Below the pieces are notes generated by a model. It did no database searches. It was not told the origin of the DNA and saw only the letters and a list, made by a program, of their open reading frames with translations. From positions 122,102-186,101 of the forward strand of contig MFPS01000009.1 of NCBI GenBank assembly GCA_001782825.1: a stretch of 64,000 nt of DNA, in the 5' to 3' direction. Positions 10,518 through 19,591 of the stretch are shown here, in pieces (the first letter of the stretch is position 1; the number at the start of each line of letters is the position of its first letter). This stretch comes from Candidatus Magasanikbacteria bacterium RIFCSPHIGHO2_01_FULL_33_34. Its GTDB lineage: Bacteria; Patescibacteriota; Patescibacteriia; Magasanikbacterales; UBA922. Position numbers and translations under genes: made by a program.

Positions 10518-10537
10518 TCAATCTCAAAAAATATATA

Positions 10538-10578
10538 AACAAACTAAAAAATCCCTTATGAGGATTTTTTAGTTTGTT
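10538..10578. terminator. Bidirectional terminator hairpin
   Basis: AACAAACTAAAAAATCC ... GGATTTTTTAGTTTGTT between convergent ORFs. Confidence 0.7.
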
Positions 10579-10620
10579 ATTTCAAAAAACCGTAAAGCGC
10601 TTTCCGTTTTTTTAAAATAA

Positions 10621-10737
10621 CTATGACCTTAGAATAACACCTACTATACCCGCTACTGAAAGAACGTACATCACAGCAGCAAAGCATAAGAAGCCTACCA
10701 AAATTCCTATACCTAGAACAGAACGACTCTTGTTCAT
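10621..10737 (-). CDS. Putative 38-aa single-TM peptide
   Basis: Below the ORF-track cutoff: MNKSRSVLGIGILVGFLCFAAVMYVLSVAGIVGVILRS*. Upstream TGGTATAAT extended -10. Confidence 0.5.
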   Translation of the reverse strand: MNKSRSVLGIGILVGFLCFAAVMYVLSVAGIVGVILRS

Positions 10738-10882
10738 ATAGTTTTTGATTAATGAGTTAATTAATTGTTATAAACATTATACCACAAAACAAAATAAAAA
10801 AACACCTAATATGTGCAAAAAAGGTAAGCCCGCTAAAGAATAATCTATTCTAGCGGGCACAAATTTTGCAAAGTATTTACTA

Positions 10883-11095
10883 TTATAAAAAATAAGTATT
10901 TTTAATTGTCCATGAAAAAGATGCCAATTGAACCAAAATAGCCTGCTCTTGATTAATACCCTGAGCTACAACCAAATACTTTCTACGCATTGTCTTATCA
11001 TACCATTTGATAAATTTATCTTCATTATCAAATTTTGATAAAGTTATATTACCCTTACCTGAACCAGTTACACACAAAAGAATAACATTGTGCAT
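10883..11095 (-). CDS. Hypothetical protein (70 aa)
   Basis: GGAGGTG RBS upstream of the ATG; GC hairpin downstream (~10828-10858). Confidence 0.55.
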   Translation of the reverse strand: MHNVILLCVTGSGKGNITLSKFDNEDKFIKWYDKTMRRKYLVVAQGINQEQAILVQLASFSWTIKNTYFL

Positions 11096-11160
11096 TGGTC
11101 ACCTCCATGGTGGACATAAAACATTATTATAGTTTATCAATACTTACAAACAAAATTTTA

Positions 11161-11190
11161 AAATAAAATCGCTTCAAAGCGATTTTATTT
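11161..11190 (-). terminator. Terminator after tRNA-Leu
   Basis: AAATAAAATCGCTT-CA-AAGCGATTTTATTT. Confidence 0.75.
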
Positions 11191-11192
11191 TG

Positions 11193-11276
11193 TGCCCAGG
11201 GCGGGAATCGAACCCGCACGGTATAATTACCACAGGATTTTAAGTCCGGCGTGTCTACCAATTTCACCACCTGGGC
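11193..11276 (-). tRNA. tRNA-Leu (TAA)
   Basis: GCCCAGG acceptor, D arm TGGTGAAATTGGTAGACAC, anticodon loop CTTAAAA, long variable arm, GGTTCGATTCCC T arm. Confidence 0.95.
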
Positions 11277-11320
11277 TTTTTCTCAACATATTTAACCACA
11301 AAATTACATATAAGTCAACT

Positions 11321-11355
11321 AAACAAAAACCCCTCAAAGTGAGGGGTTTTTGTTT
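11321..11355 (-). terminator. rpsA terminator
   Basis: AAACAAAAACCCCTC-loop-GAGGGGTTTTTGTTT. Confidence 0.75.
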
Positions 11356-11387
11356 TGTTTGTTTCTTTTTATTTTTTGGCCAATTTT

Positions 11388-12653
11388 TTATTTTTTTGTT
11401 TTTACTTTTTTTGTATCTTCAGACTTTTTATCTGATTCAAGCTCAACAGCATCAGATTTTTCTTTTTTATCTTTTCCAGACTCTTTCTTTTCTTTCTTAT
11501 CTGGTTTTACTTCTGTTTTTTCACTTCTCTTGCCTTTTACACCTTCAGCTTTCAAACCTAAACGGTGTTCTGCTGGTTCAATATTTACAATCTCAAATTT
11601 ATATTCTTTACCAAGTTCAAATTTTTCTTTGAGCTCTTCAACACTCTTGATAGGTGTATCTGACAATTCAGAAATATGAGCAAGACCATGAATATCTTCA
11701 TCCAACTTTACCATAAGTCCAAACTGTTCAACTTTGTGAACTTCACCCTTAACAATTTGTCCCACTTTATAATTATCTTTCACTTTTTTCCATGGATCAT
11801 CAACCAAACGTTTGATTGACAAATAAATTTTTGATTTGTTCAAGTCAATAATTTGGGCTTTGACATTGTCGCCTACTTTCAAAACATCCTTTGGGTGATC
11901 AATTCTTTGCCAAACAATTTCCGAAATATGTACCAAACCTTCAAGACCCTCACCAAATTTTACAAATGCTCCAAATGGAGTAAGAGCAGCAATTTCTCCA
12001 TCAACCACATCCCCAATCTTGAATGCATCTAGAACTGCTTTTTGTTCATCTTCCCAAACTGCTTTTTCAGAAACAATCAATTTATCTTCTTTCTGATTGG
12101 CATCAAGGACTTTTACTTGTACTTTTTCACCAATTAATTTTTTTAATTTTTCTAAAATTCTTGACTTGTCTCCACCAGGTACACGTGGATAATGATCAGG
12201 ATTCAACTGAGAAACAGGCATAAATCCAACAATGGCGTCCACCTGCATCATCAAACCACCTTTGTTTGCGTCCAAAATTTTAGCTTCAATAGTAACACCA
12301 TCTTTAACCAATTCTGCCATTCTATCCCATACTCTCTGATTACCTGCGCTACGAAGTGACAATTCCATTTCACCATTTTCATTTTCTTGTTCAATTATGG
12401 TAGCTTCTACTTTATCTCCAATTTTGATATTGGCAAATTCATCAGATTCTGTAAAAAGTTCATGTCCTCTTACAATACCAGTAGTTAAGCCATTGATATC
12501 CAATCTAATAGCGCTACTATCAACTGAGATTACTGACCCCTCTACCAAATCTCCTTCATTTGGCATTTTTGCAAAATAATCTTTCAAAAGCTTACCAAAC
12601 TCACTATTGTCTTTAGCTTCATCTTTTGCACTCAAATTTAATTTCTTTGACAT
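11388..12653 (-). CDS. rpsA: 30S ribosomal protein S1 (4 S1 domains plus Lys/Glu-rich tail)
   Basis: Repeated S1 motifs, e.g. FGAFV..GLEGLVHISE, GLAHISEL. Confidence 0.92.
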   Translation of the reverse strand: MSKKLNLSAKDEAKDNSEFGKLLKDYFAKMPNEGDLVEGSVISVDSSAIRLDINGLTTGIVRGHELFTESDEFANIKIGDKVEATIIEQENENGEMELSLRSAGNQRVWDRMAELVKDGVTIEAKILDANKGGLMMQVDAIVGFMPVSQLNPDHYPRVPGGDKSRILEKLKKLIGEKVQVKVLDANQKEDKLIVSEKAVWEDEQKAVLDAFKIGDVVDGEIAALTPFGAFVKFGEGLEGLVHISEIVWQRIDHPKDVLKVGDNVKAQIIDLNKSKIYLSIKRLVDDPWKKVKDNYKVGQIVKGEVHKVEQFGLMVKLDEDIHGLAHISELSDTPIKSVEELKEKFELGKEYKFEIVNIEPAEHRLGLKAEGVKGKRSEKTEVKPDKKEKKESGKDKKEKSDAVELESDKKSEDTKKVKTKK

Positions 12654-12776
12654 AAATTAATAATTAATAATTATCCTTGCTATTAGCAAAGCCTATCTAA
12701 ACTCCTGTCAAAAGGAAGTAGACAGATGATTTAATATATTTGGAATAGACTAAATAGCCTATTTCAAGGTGGCAGT

Positions 12777-12805
12777 AATATACACCATTTAAAATATTAT
12801 GTCAA
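12777..12805 (-). promoter_or_regulatory. Sigma70 promoter for rpsA
   Basis: TTGACA-17-TATATT on the - strand. Confidence 0.65.
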
Positions 12806-13010
12806 TATAAATTTATTTTATAGTATCTACCAACAAACCAATACTAAACAAACTTTATCAAACAAAAATACCTTATTTAAGCCAAAAAATATCACATTTT
12901 ACCCACCAATAACCTCTTGCAGTCCCAAACAAATTATTGTATAATATTATCACTATATTCACCGTATTTAATGGCTATTTACCCTTTAAACTACACTTAT
13001 TTAGACAAAT

Positions 13011-13625
13011 ATGCATTTATCATGGCTAGGAAGCACTGCAATCAAAATACAAGCAAAACCATTCAATGAAGACATAACATTGGTATTAGACACATACAAA
13101 CCAAAAATAGGGTCATTTCCACGCAATCTGACAGCTCATATCGCTCTTTATACCAGAGGAGAAGAAGACTCCATTACTATCTCAGGAAATCCATTTACAT
13201 TGTCAATCCCTGGTGAATGCGAAAACAAAGGCATATTAATTATGGGTGTGCAAGGTGAAAAAGCAGATGAAACAATGTTTAGAATTGATGCCGAAGATAT
13301 CAGTGTCGCCCATCTTGGCCTCGCTAGCAAACAGCTCACTGATGCTCAGTTGGAAGTTTTTGCTGGAGTTGACGTTTTAATTTTGCCTATTGGTGGCCAA
13401 GATAGCTATGACGCCGAAACTGCAGTAAAAATTGTTAATTCTATTGAACCTAGGATCATAATCCCTATGGCATTCAAATCTGATAACGATCCAAAAGCAA
13501 CAACGGTTGATAATTTCCTAAAAGAAATGGGTAGCGCTGATATAAAACCAGAAAAAAAAGTTATCCTAAAACAAAAGGACCTACCACAAGAAGAAACACA
13601 GATAATTGTTCTAGAAAAAGAATAA
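13011..13625 (+). CDS. Metallo-beta-lactamase-fold protein (Lactamase_B_3-like, metal motif degenerate)
   Basis: LSWLG, PGECE.KGI, AHLG, DVLILPIGG, IEPRIIIPM. Confidence 0.75.
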   Translation: MHLSWLGSTAIKIQAKPFNEDITLVLDTYKPKIGSFPRNLTAHIALYTRGEEDSITISGNPFTLSIPGECENKGILIMGVQGEKADETMFRIDAEDISVAHLGLASKQLTDAQLEVFAGVDVLILPIGGQDSYDAETAVKIVNSIEPRIIIPMAFKSDNDPKATTVDNFLKEMGSADIKPEKKVILKQKDLPQEETQIIVLEKE

Positions 13626-13633
13626 TATTTTTT

Positions 13634-14197
13634 ATGCCTGTTAAAAAAAGAAAAAATAATGAAGCCGACAATGAAATGAAAGAGCGTATAAAAAATACAA
13701 TTGAAGAATTGCCAAAAATTATTGCTGAAGAAATGCGTGAAAATAAAAAAGAAAAAAAATTAACCAAAAATTCTACCCCATACAATGATCCCAGCTACAA
13801 AAAAAGAAAACTTATTATGTGGTCATTTGTAATCGTATTTATCTTAATTATATTTACAATGTGGGCCATAAATATCAATTCTGTATTCTATGATTTCAAT
13901 AAAAAAATACAAAATGATGATAGTTTGTCTAACATAAATAAAGGCAAAGAAATAATCCAAGAAACATATGACAACAATATAAAAAATGTTTTTGATAAAT
14001 TTGATACACTAATAGAAGATTCACTTGAAGAAAAAGCTACAGAAAAAGAAAATAATAATATAAGTTTAGAATCACTTGTTAACGCTATCAATAATTTTAC
14101 TAGTACAACAATCAATACAACTTCTTCCACTGACATAATTGCGACATCCACAATGGATACAACAACTACAACAGAAGAAGTTCCTAATAAAAATTAA
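13634..14197 (+). CDS. Single-TM hypothetical protein with Thr-rich C-terminus
   Basis: One TM segment; tail [27 protein letters not shown]. Confidence 0.7.
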   Translation: MPVKKRKNNEADNEMKERIKNTIEELPKIIAEEMRENKKEKKLTKNSTPYNDPSYKKRKLIMWSFVIVFILIIFTMWAININSVFYDFNKKIQNDDSLSNINKGKEIIQETYDNNIKNVFDKFDTLIEDSLEEKATEKENNNISLESLVNAINNFTSTTINTTSSTDIIATSTMDTTTTTEEVPNKN

Positions 14198-14219
14198 TCA
14201 GTTATTTATACGTAAGTTT

Positions 14220-16706
14220 ATGGCAAAAGATATTGCAAAAGACCAAACAAAACTTCCAGCAGAAGGTAATGTGGGCAAAATTGAACCAATCAGACTAATT
14301 GATGAAATGCAAACATCATATCTAGATTATGCAATGAGTGTGATAGTATCTCGCGCTCTACCTGATGTCCGCGATGGTTTAAAACCAGTACACAGACGTA
14401 TTTTATACGCAATGTGGGGACTTGGTCTCAGACATAGTTCCAAATTCCTCAAGTCTGCTCGTGTAGTCGGAGATGTGATGGGTAAATATCATCCTCATGG
14501 CGACTCAGCAATTTATGACTCTCTGGTACGCATGGCCCAAGATTTTTCTATGCGCCACCAACTCGTCCACGGTCAAGGAAACTTCGGATCAATGGACGGA
14601 GACTCGGCGGCGGCTATGCGTTATACAGAAGCCAAGCTCAAAGCAATTGCCGAAGAACTTTTGTTTGATATAGAAAAAGATACTGTAGACTTTGGTCCAA
14701 ACTATGACGGTTCTACACGAGAGCCCAGAGTATTGCCAGGCAAACTACCCAATCTACTCTTAAATGGCAGTATGGGTATCGCTGTTGGAATGGCTACAAA
14801 TATTCCACCACATAATTTACGTGAACTTTGCGAAGCAATTACTCTATTGATAGACAAACCAAAATGTAGTATTGAAGAATTGACCGAATTTGTCAAAGGA
14901 CCAGATTTTCCTACTGGCGGAATAATTTACAACAAAAAAGATATAGTAACAGCTTATGCTACCGGCAAAGGCGGAGTTATATTGCGAGCCAAAGCTGATA
15001 TCCAAGAAAATAAATCAGGACAATTTCAAATTATTGTCACAGAAATTCCTTACCAAGTTAACAAATCAAACTTATTAGAAAAAATTGCCACACTAGTCCA
15101 AGAAAAAAAGCTAGAAGGTATAAAAGATTTGCGTGATGAATCAAACAAAGAAGGTGTCCGCGTTGTCCTTGATTTGAAAAAAGACTCATACCCAAAAAAG
15201 ATTTTAAATCGCTTGTACAAATTAACTGAACTCCAAACTACTTTCCACTTCAATACCATTGCGCTAGTTGATGGTATTCAACCTCGCTTACTAAACCTCA
15301 AAACCATTTTAGAAGAATTCATCAAACACAGACAAGTAGTGATTGTCCGCCGAACTGAGTTCGACTTGAGAAAAGCCAAAGACCGCGCTCATATTTTGGA
15401 AGGTTTGAAAATGGCATTGGACAAAATTGATATTATCATCAATACAATTCGCAAATCCAAAGACAAAGAAGAAGCCAAAATAAATTTGATGAATAAATTT
15501 AAGTTTAGTGATAGGCAAACACTTGCAATTTTAGAAATGAAATTGCAACAATTGGCAAATTTGGAAAGAAAAAAGATAGAAGATGAATTAAAAGAGAAAA
15601 AAGCCTTAATCAAAGAATTAGAAGCATTACTCTCAAGTCCAAAAATGATTCTAAATGTTATCAAAAAAGAAACAGCTGAAGTAGCTGAAAAATTTGGTGA
15701 AGATAGACGAACAAAAGTTGTAGCTGGTGGAGTAAAAGAATTTTCTATGGAAGATCTAGTACCAAATGAACCAACAATTATCATGGCCACCAAAGACGGC
15801 TACATAAAACGCATGCCGGTTGACACCTTCAAAACTCAAGCTCGTGGTGGCAAAGGTGTAGTCGGATTAACAACCAAAGAAGAAGACGTCATTGACCACC
15901 TCATAGCCACCAATACCCATGACAATATGTTATTCTTCACTACTCGTGGACGAATATTCCAAATGATGGCTTATGATATTCCGGTAACTAGTCGTACAGC
16001 CAAAGGACAAGCCTTGGTAAATTTCTTACAACTAGCCCCAAATGAAAAAGTATCCGCCATACGCTCAATGGAAGATATCAGTAAATACAAATATTTAGTA
16101 ATGGTTACCAGCAAAGGCGTAATCAAAAAAACTGACTTATCTGACTTCTCAAATGTTCGCGCTTCAGGACTGATTGCTCTTAAAATCAAACCAGACGATA
16201 CACTTGAGTGGGTAATACCTTCTACTGGCAAAGATGATATTATCATTATAACTTCTGGTGGCCAAGCCATCAGATTCAAAGAAACCAGTGTGAGACCTAT
16301 GGGACGTACAGCTAGTGGTGTTCGCGGTATAAAACTTCGCTCGCATGATGAAGTAGTCGGAATGGATGTTGTATCCCCTGAACTGGTTGGTAAAAAAGTC
16401 TTAGAATTATTAGTAATATCAGAAAATGGGCTCGGAAAAAGAACAGTACTGACAGAGTACAAAGTCCAAGGTCGTGGTGGCAGTGGAATAAAAACCATGT
16501 CTGTAACAACCAAAACAGGCAAAATAATCAGCGCTCAAGTAATTAATAATACCGAAGAAAAAGACTTGATGATGATATCTGTCAAAGGACAAGTAGTAAG
16601 AACACCAATGAAAACTGTCTCCACTCTAGGTCGCGCTACCCAAGGTGTTAGGATGATGCGATTCAAACAAGATGGCGACAAAGTTGCAAGTATTGCTCTC
16701 CTATAA
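14220..16706 (+). CDS. gyrA: DNA gyrase subunit A
   Basis: [30 protein letters not shown], GyrA box QARGGKG; start at ATG 14220. Confidence 0.97.
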   Translation: MAKDIAKDQTKLPAEGNVGKIEPIRLIDEMQTSYLDYAMSVIVSRALPDVRDGLKPVHRRILYAMWGLGLRHSSKFLKSARVVGDVMGKYHPHGDSAIYDSLVRMAQDFSMRHQLVHGQGNFGSMDGDSAAAMRYTEAKLKAIAEELLFDIEKDTVDFGPNYDGSTREPRVLPGKLPNLLLNGSMGIAVGMATNIPPHNLRELCEAITLLIDKPKCSIEELTEFVKGPDFPTGGIIYNKKDIVTAYATGKGGVILRAKADIQENKSGQFQIIVTEIPYQVNKSNLLEKIATLVQEKKLEGIKDLRDESNKEGVRVVLDLKKDSYPKKILNRLYKLTELQTTFHFNTIALVDGIQPRLLNLKTILEEFIKHRQVVIVRRTEFDLRKAKDRAHILEGLKMALDKIDIIINTIRKSKDKEEAKINLMNKFKFSDRQTLAILEMKLQQLANLERKKIEDELKEKKALIKELEALLSSPKMILNVIKKETAEVAEKFGEDRRTKVVAGGVKEFSMEDLVPNEPTIIMATKDGYIKRMPVDTFKTQARGGKGVVGLTTKEEDVIDHLIATNTHDNMLFFTTRGRIFQMMAYDIPVTSRTAKGQALVNFLQLAPNEKVSAIRSMEDISKYKYLVMVTSKGVIKKTDLSDFSNVRASGLIALKIKPDDTLEWVIPSTGKDDIIIITSGGQAIRFKETSVRPMGRTASGVRGIKLRSHDEVVGMDVVSPELVGKKVLELLVISENGLGKRTVLTEYKVQGRGGSGIKTMSVTTKTGKIISAQVINNTEEKDLMMISVKGQVVRTPMKTVSTLGRATQGVRMMRFKQDGDKVASIALL

Positions 16707-16708
16707 AA

Positions 16709-16762
16709 TATAAATACCAATAACAAAACTCCCATTAGGGAGTTTTGTTATTGGTATTTATA
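16709..16762 (+). terminator. Long perfect hairpin/terminator after gyrA
   Basis: 25-bp inverted repeat TATAAATACCAATAACAAAACTCCC-ATTA-GGGAGTTTTGTTATTGGTATTTATA. Confidence 0.75.
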
Positions 16763-16817
16763 AATTTTATTTTTCATAATATAAATTTATGATATAGTTA
16801 CTTTAAACCAAACTGAA

Positions 16818-17144
16818 ATGGAGTCCATCATGATATTGCCAATAATAGAATATGATATACTTCCAAGCAACACAAATCTTAGTAGTGAAAATATAATTAA
16901 AGCATTTGAAAATAGTAATAATATCGTATTCAATGTTTACAATAGAAATTCTAAAAAAATAGAAACCCTACAACTAAGATTCACAATGCTTTTAAATTCA
17001 CATGACACACCCCACTTATTTGAATTTCAAGCTATATTAATTACAGATTCATCAGAATACATTTGTGATGTTGAAGGAACATACAACTCCCAGGATGGTT
17101 CTGGCTCTATCAAGATTGATTATAATAATTACCTTGTGGTCTAG
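16818..17144 (+). CDS. Hypothetical protein
   Basis: 108 aa ORF followed by a 15-bp stem hairpin (17149-17190). Confidence 0.6.
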   Translation: MESIMILPIIEYDILPSNTNLSSENIIKAFENSNNIVFNVYNRNSKKIETLQLRFTMLLNSHDTPHLFEFQAILITDSSEYICDVEGTYNSQDGSGSIKIDYNNYLVV

Positions 17145-17270
17145 CCAATATCTGCGTTCATCATTGCCCTAATATTGATGAACGCAGATAAAATACTCAA
17201 TTTATCAATAAAATTTTATTTAAAAAATAAAAAAATTCCTATTAAAGAATTTTTTTATTAAGATATAATA

Positions 17271-17849
17271 TTATTTAGACAACTGTCGCAAAACAATTTT
17301 CAACAACTCCTCTGCATTTTTGTCTGCAGTATTGAGTCCATTCACCACTGCCTTTATTTCTTCTTTTCCATAGCCCATCGCAGTCAGTCCATCTATCACA
17401 TCTGTTAAAGCTTTGTTATCACTTGTCAGCTCACCAATATTTTCCAATTTTCCAATTTTATTTTTTAATTCTACTACCAATCTCTCGGCAGTTTTTTGTC
17501 CCATACCTTGAACAGCCGTCAGATATTTTACATCCTCACGAGCAATTGCTCCTTTGATATCTTCCATTGATCCCAAATTCAATATATTCATCGCGCTTTT
17601 TGGACCAACACCAGAAACAGACAAAAGAATTTCAAAAAACTCTTTTTGAGATATATCTTCAAAACCATACAAATCCATCGCATTTTCACTTACTTTTAGA
17701 TAAGTAAAAAATTCCACATTTTGGCCTGCAAAATATTTGGACGCTAAAATTTTTGATAAATAAATTTCATAACCAATCCCACTAGCAGTTTCTACAACCA
17801 CATTATCTTTGCCAACTGCTTGAATTTTCCCTTTGATATATGAAATCAT
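17271..17849 (-). CDS. ruvA: Holliday junction branch migration protein RuvA
   Basis: MISYIKG, LYGF, VSGVGPKSA, GQKTAERLVVELK. Confidence 0.96.
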   Translation of the reverse strand: MISYIKGKIQAVGKDNVVVETASGIGYEIYLSKILASKYFAGQNVEFFTYLKVSENAMDLYGFEDISQKEFFEILLSVSGVGPKSAMNILNLGSMEDIKGAIAREDVKYLTAVQGMGQKTAERLVVELKNKIGKLENIGELTSDNKALTDVIDGLTAMGYGKEEIKAVVNGLNTADKNAEELLKIVLRQLSK

Positions 17850-17852
17850 ATA

Positions 17853-19340
17853 TTATCTCAAATACTCTACCAGTGTCTGTATACCAAAACCATTAGCCCC
17901 ATGTCTTATCCATGGTTTGCCTTTACCATCATAATGAGAACAAGACAAATCAATATGCGCCCAAGGATAATCCGTAAAAAATTGCAAAAATGCAGCCGCC
18001 GTACTAGCTCCACCATAACCAGGACCACCAACACCAGCCAAATTCTTTACATCAGCCACTTCACTTTTAATCGCTTCTGTATATTCTTCACCAACTGGCA
18101 AATGCCACAATTGTTCACCAACTTCTTTTGATTTATCTTCTAAATTTTTTATTATACTTTCATCATTACCAAACAATCCTGATCTCTCATTTCCCAGTGC
18201 CACCATACATGCCCCAGTCAAAGTAGCAAAATCAATTACTTCACGTGGTTTATACTTTACAGCATAAGCTAATGCATCAGCCAATATCAAACGCCCTTCT
18301 GCATCAGTGTGAATTATCTCTACTGTCTTGCCATTGTGCGCAGTCAAAATATCATCTGGTCTATATGAACTGCCACTCGGCATATTCTCACAAGATGGAA
18401 TCAGACCAATTACATTTTTCTTTAATTTGAGAGACGCTACTGCTTTTATAACTCCAAGCACTGTTCCTGCACCCAACATATCAAACTTCATATCATTCAT
18501 ATAATTGCCCGGTTTTATTCCCAAACCACCAGAATCAAATGTGATTCCTTTACCAACCAAAACTACTGGTTTTTGACTAGATCCACCACCCAAATACTCT
18601 ACAATTATAAATTTTGGTTCTTCAACTGATCCTTGTGAAACACCCAACAAACATCCCATATTCAATTTTTTTATTTCAGGTCGTGACAATACTTTCACTT
18701 TTATAGCGTTATTTTCTTTTGCCAATTTTTGCGCTTCTTTTGCCAACAAACTAGGTGTCATAATACTTGGTGGAGTATTACCAAGATGACGAGTATAATT
18801 TACACTATGCCCAATCACTTCTCCTTCAGCAATACCTTTTTGCAAATTGGTTTTTTCACTTGCAGAAAATTTTCCAACCACTGATAATTTTTCCAACTTT
18901 TGCACCCGAGCATCAGCTTCACTCTTGTGCTCGTCAAATGCATAACTGGCAGTCTCAACAGCCACAGCCAATTCTAACCCCAATTTTTTTGCACCAAATT
19001 TCTTTATCAATTCATTTGATAAAACCAAAGAAAAATTTCCAATTTTTTTGCCTTGCATACCGATCACACAAGCACCCACTACTTGCTTTAATGAACGAAT
19101 ATCAAAATCCGTATCTTTGCCCAAACCAACCAAAAGCACAGCCGGCACATCCTTGTTTTGCGTCCGACTAAAACTCATTTGCATTTTTTTACTCTCAAAA
19201 TTGTCTGATATACACATCTCAGACAAAAGTCCATTCAATTTTTTATCAAGTTCTTTAGCTTGTACACTCAATCCTTTACCTTCAAAAACTGGCACTACCA
19301 TAACTCCTGCAAAATTATTTTCTATACTATATTTTGTCAT
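17853..19340 (-). CDS. pepA: Leucyl aminopeptidase (M17)
   Basis: GKGITFDSGG, MKFDMLGA, TDAEGRLILADAL, ATLTGA. Confidence 0.95.
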   Translation of the reverse strand: MTKYSIENNFAGVMVVPVFEGKGLSVQAKELDKKLNGLLSEMCISDNFESKKMQMSFSRTQNKDVPAVLLVGLGKDTDFDIRSLKQVVGACVIGMQGKKIGNFSLVLSNELIKKFGAKKLGLELAVAVETASYAFDEHKSEADARVQKLEKLSVVGKFSASEKTNLQKGIAEGEVIGHSVNYTRHLGNTPPSIMTPSLLAKEAQKLAKENNAIKVKVLSRPEIKKLNMGCLLGVSQGSVEEPKFIIVEYLGGGSSQKPVVLVGKGITFDSGGLGIKPGNYMNDMKFDMLGAGTVLGVIKAVASLKLKKNVIGLIPSCENMPSGSSYRPDDILTAHNGKTVEIIHTDAEGRLILADALAYAVKYKPREVIDFATLTGACMVALGNERSGLFGNDESIIKNLEDKSKEVGEQLWHLPVGEEYTEAIKSEVADVKNLAGVGGPGYGGASTAAAFLQFFTDYPWAHIDLSCSHYDGKGKPWIRHGANGFGIQTLVEYLR

Positions 19341-19460
19341 AAATAATATGAATAAAAGAAATACCGAGACTACCTAAGCATTTCTAAATGAATTAAATTT
19401 ATATCGAAACATATCTATTATTTTATTTATAAAAATTAATAATATTATTTATAATCAAGC

Positions 19461-19560
19461 ATTAGTTCTAATTATTTGTTTTTACGGATTTGGTTGCCAC
19501 AACAGGCAACCACCTCGGAGCCACAGCGAGAATGAGTAAAAACAAATAATTAGAACTAAT
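19461..19560. repeat. Dispersed structured element, copy 2
   Basis: 25-bp perfect terminal inverted repeat (19461-19485/19536-19560) around a conserved 50-nt core. Confidence 0.92.
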
Positions 19561-19591
19561 ATAATCATGATCTAAAGTATAAATAACACTA

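Noticed and set aside
11192-11679. + strand ORFs over tRNA-Leu/rpsA, and the many other short antisense ORFs in the track (e.g. 15971-16522, 21941-22426, 60624-60899)
   Set aside because: Shadow frames overlapping well-supported genes or tRNAs, with no motifs
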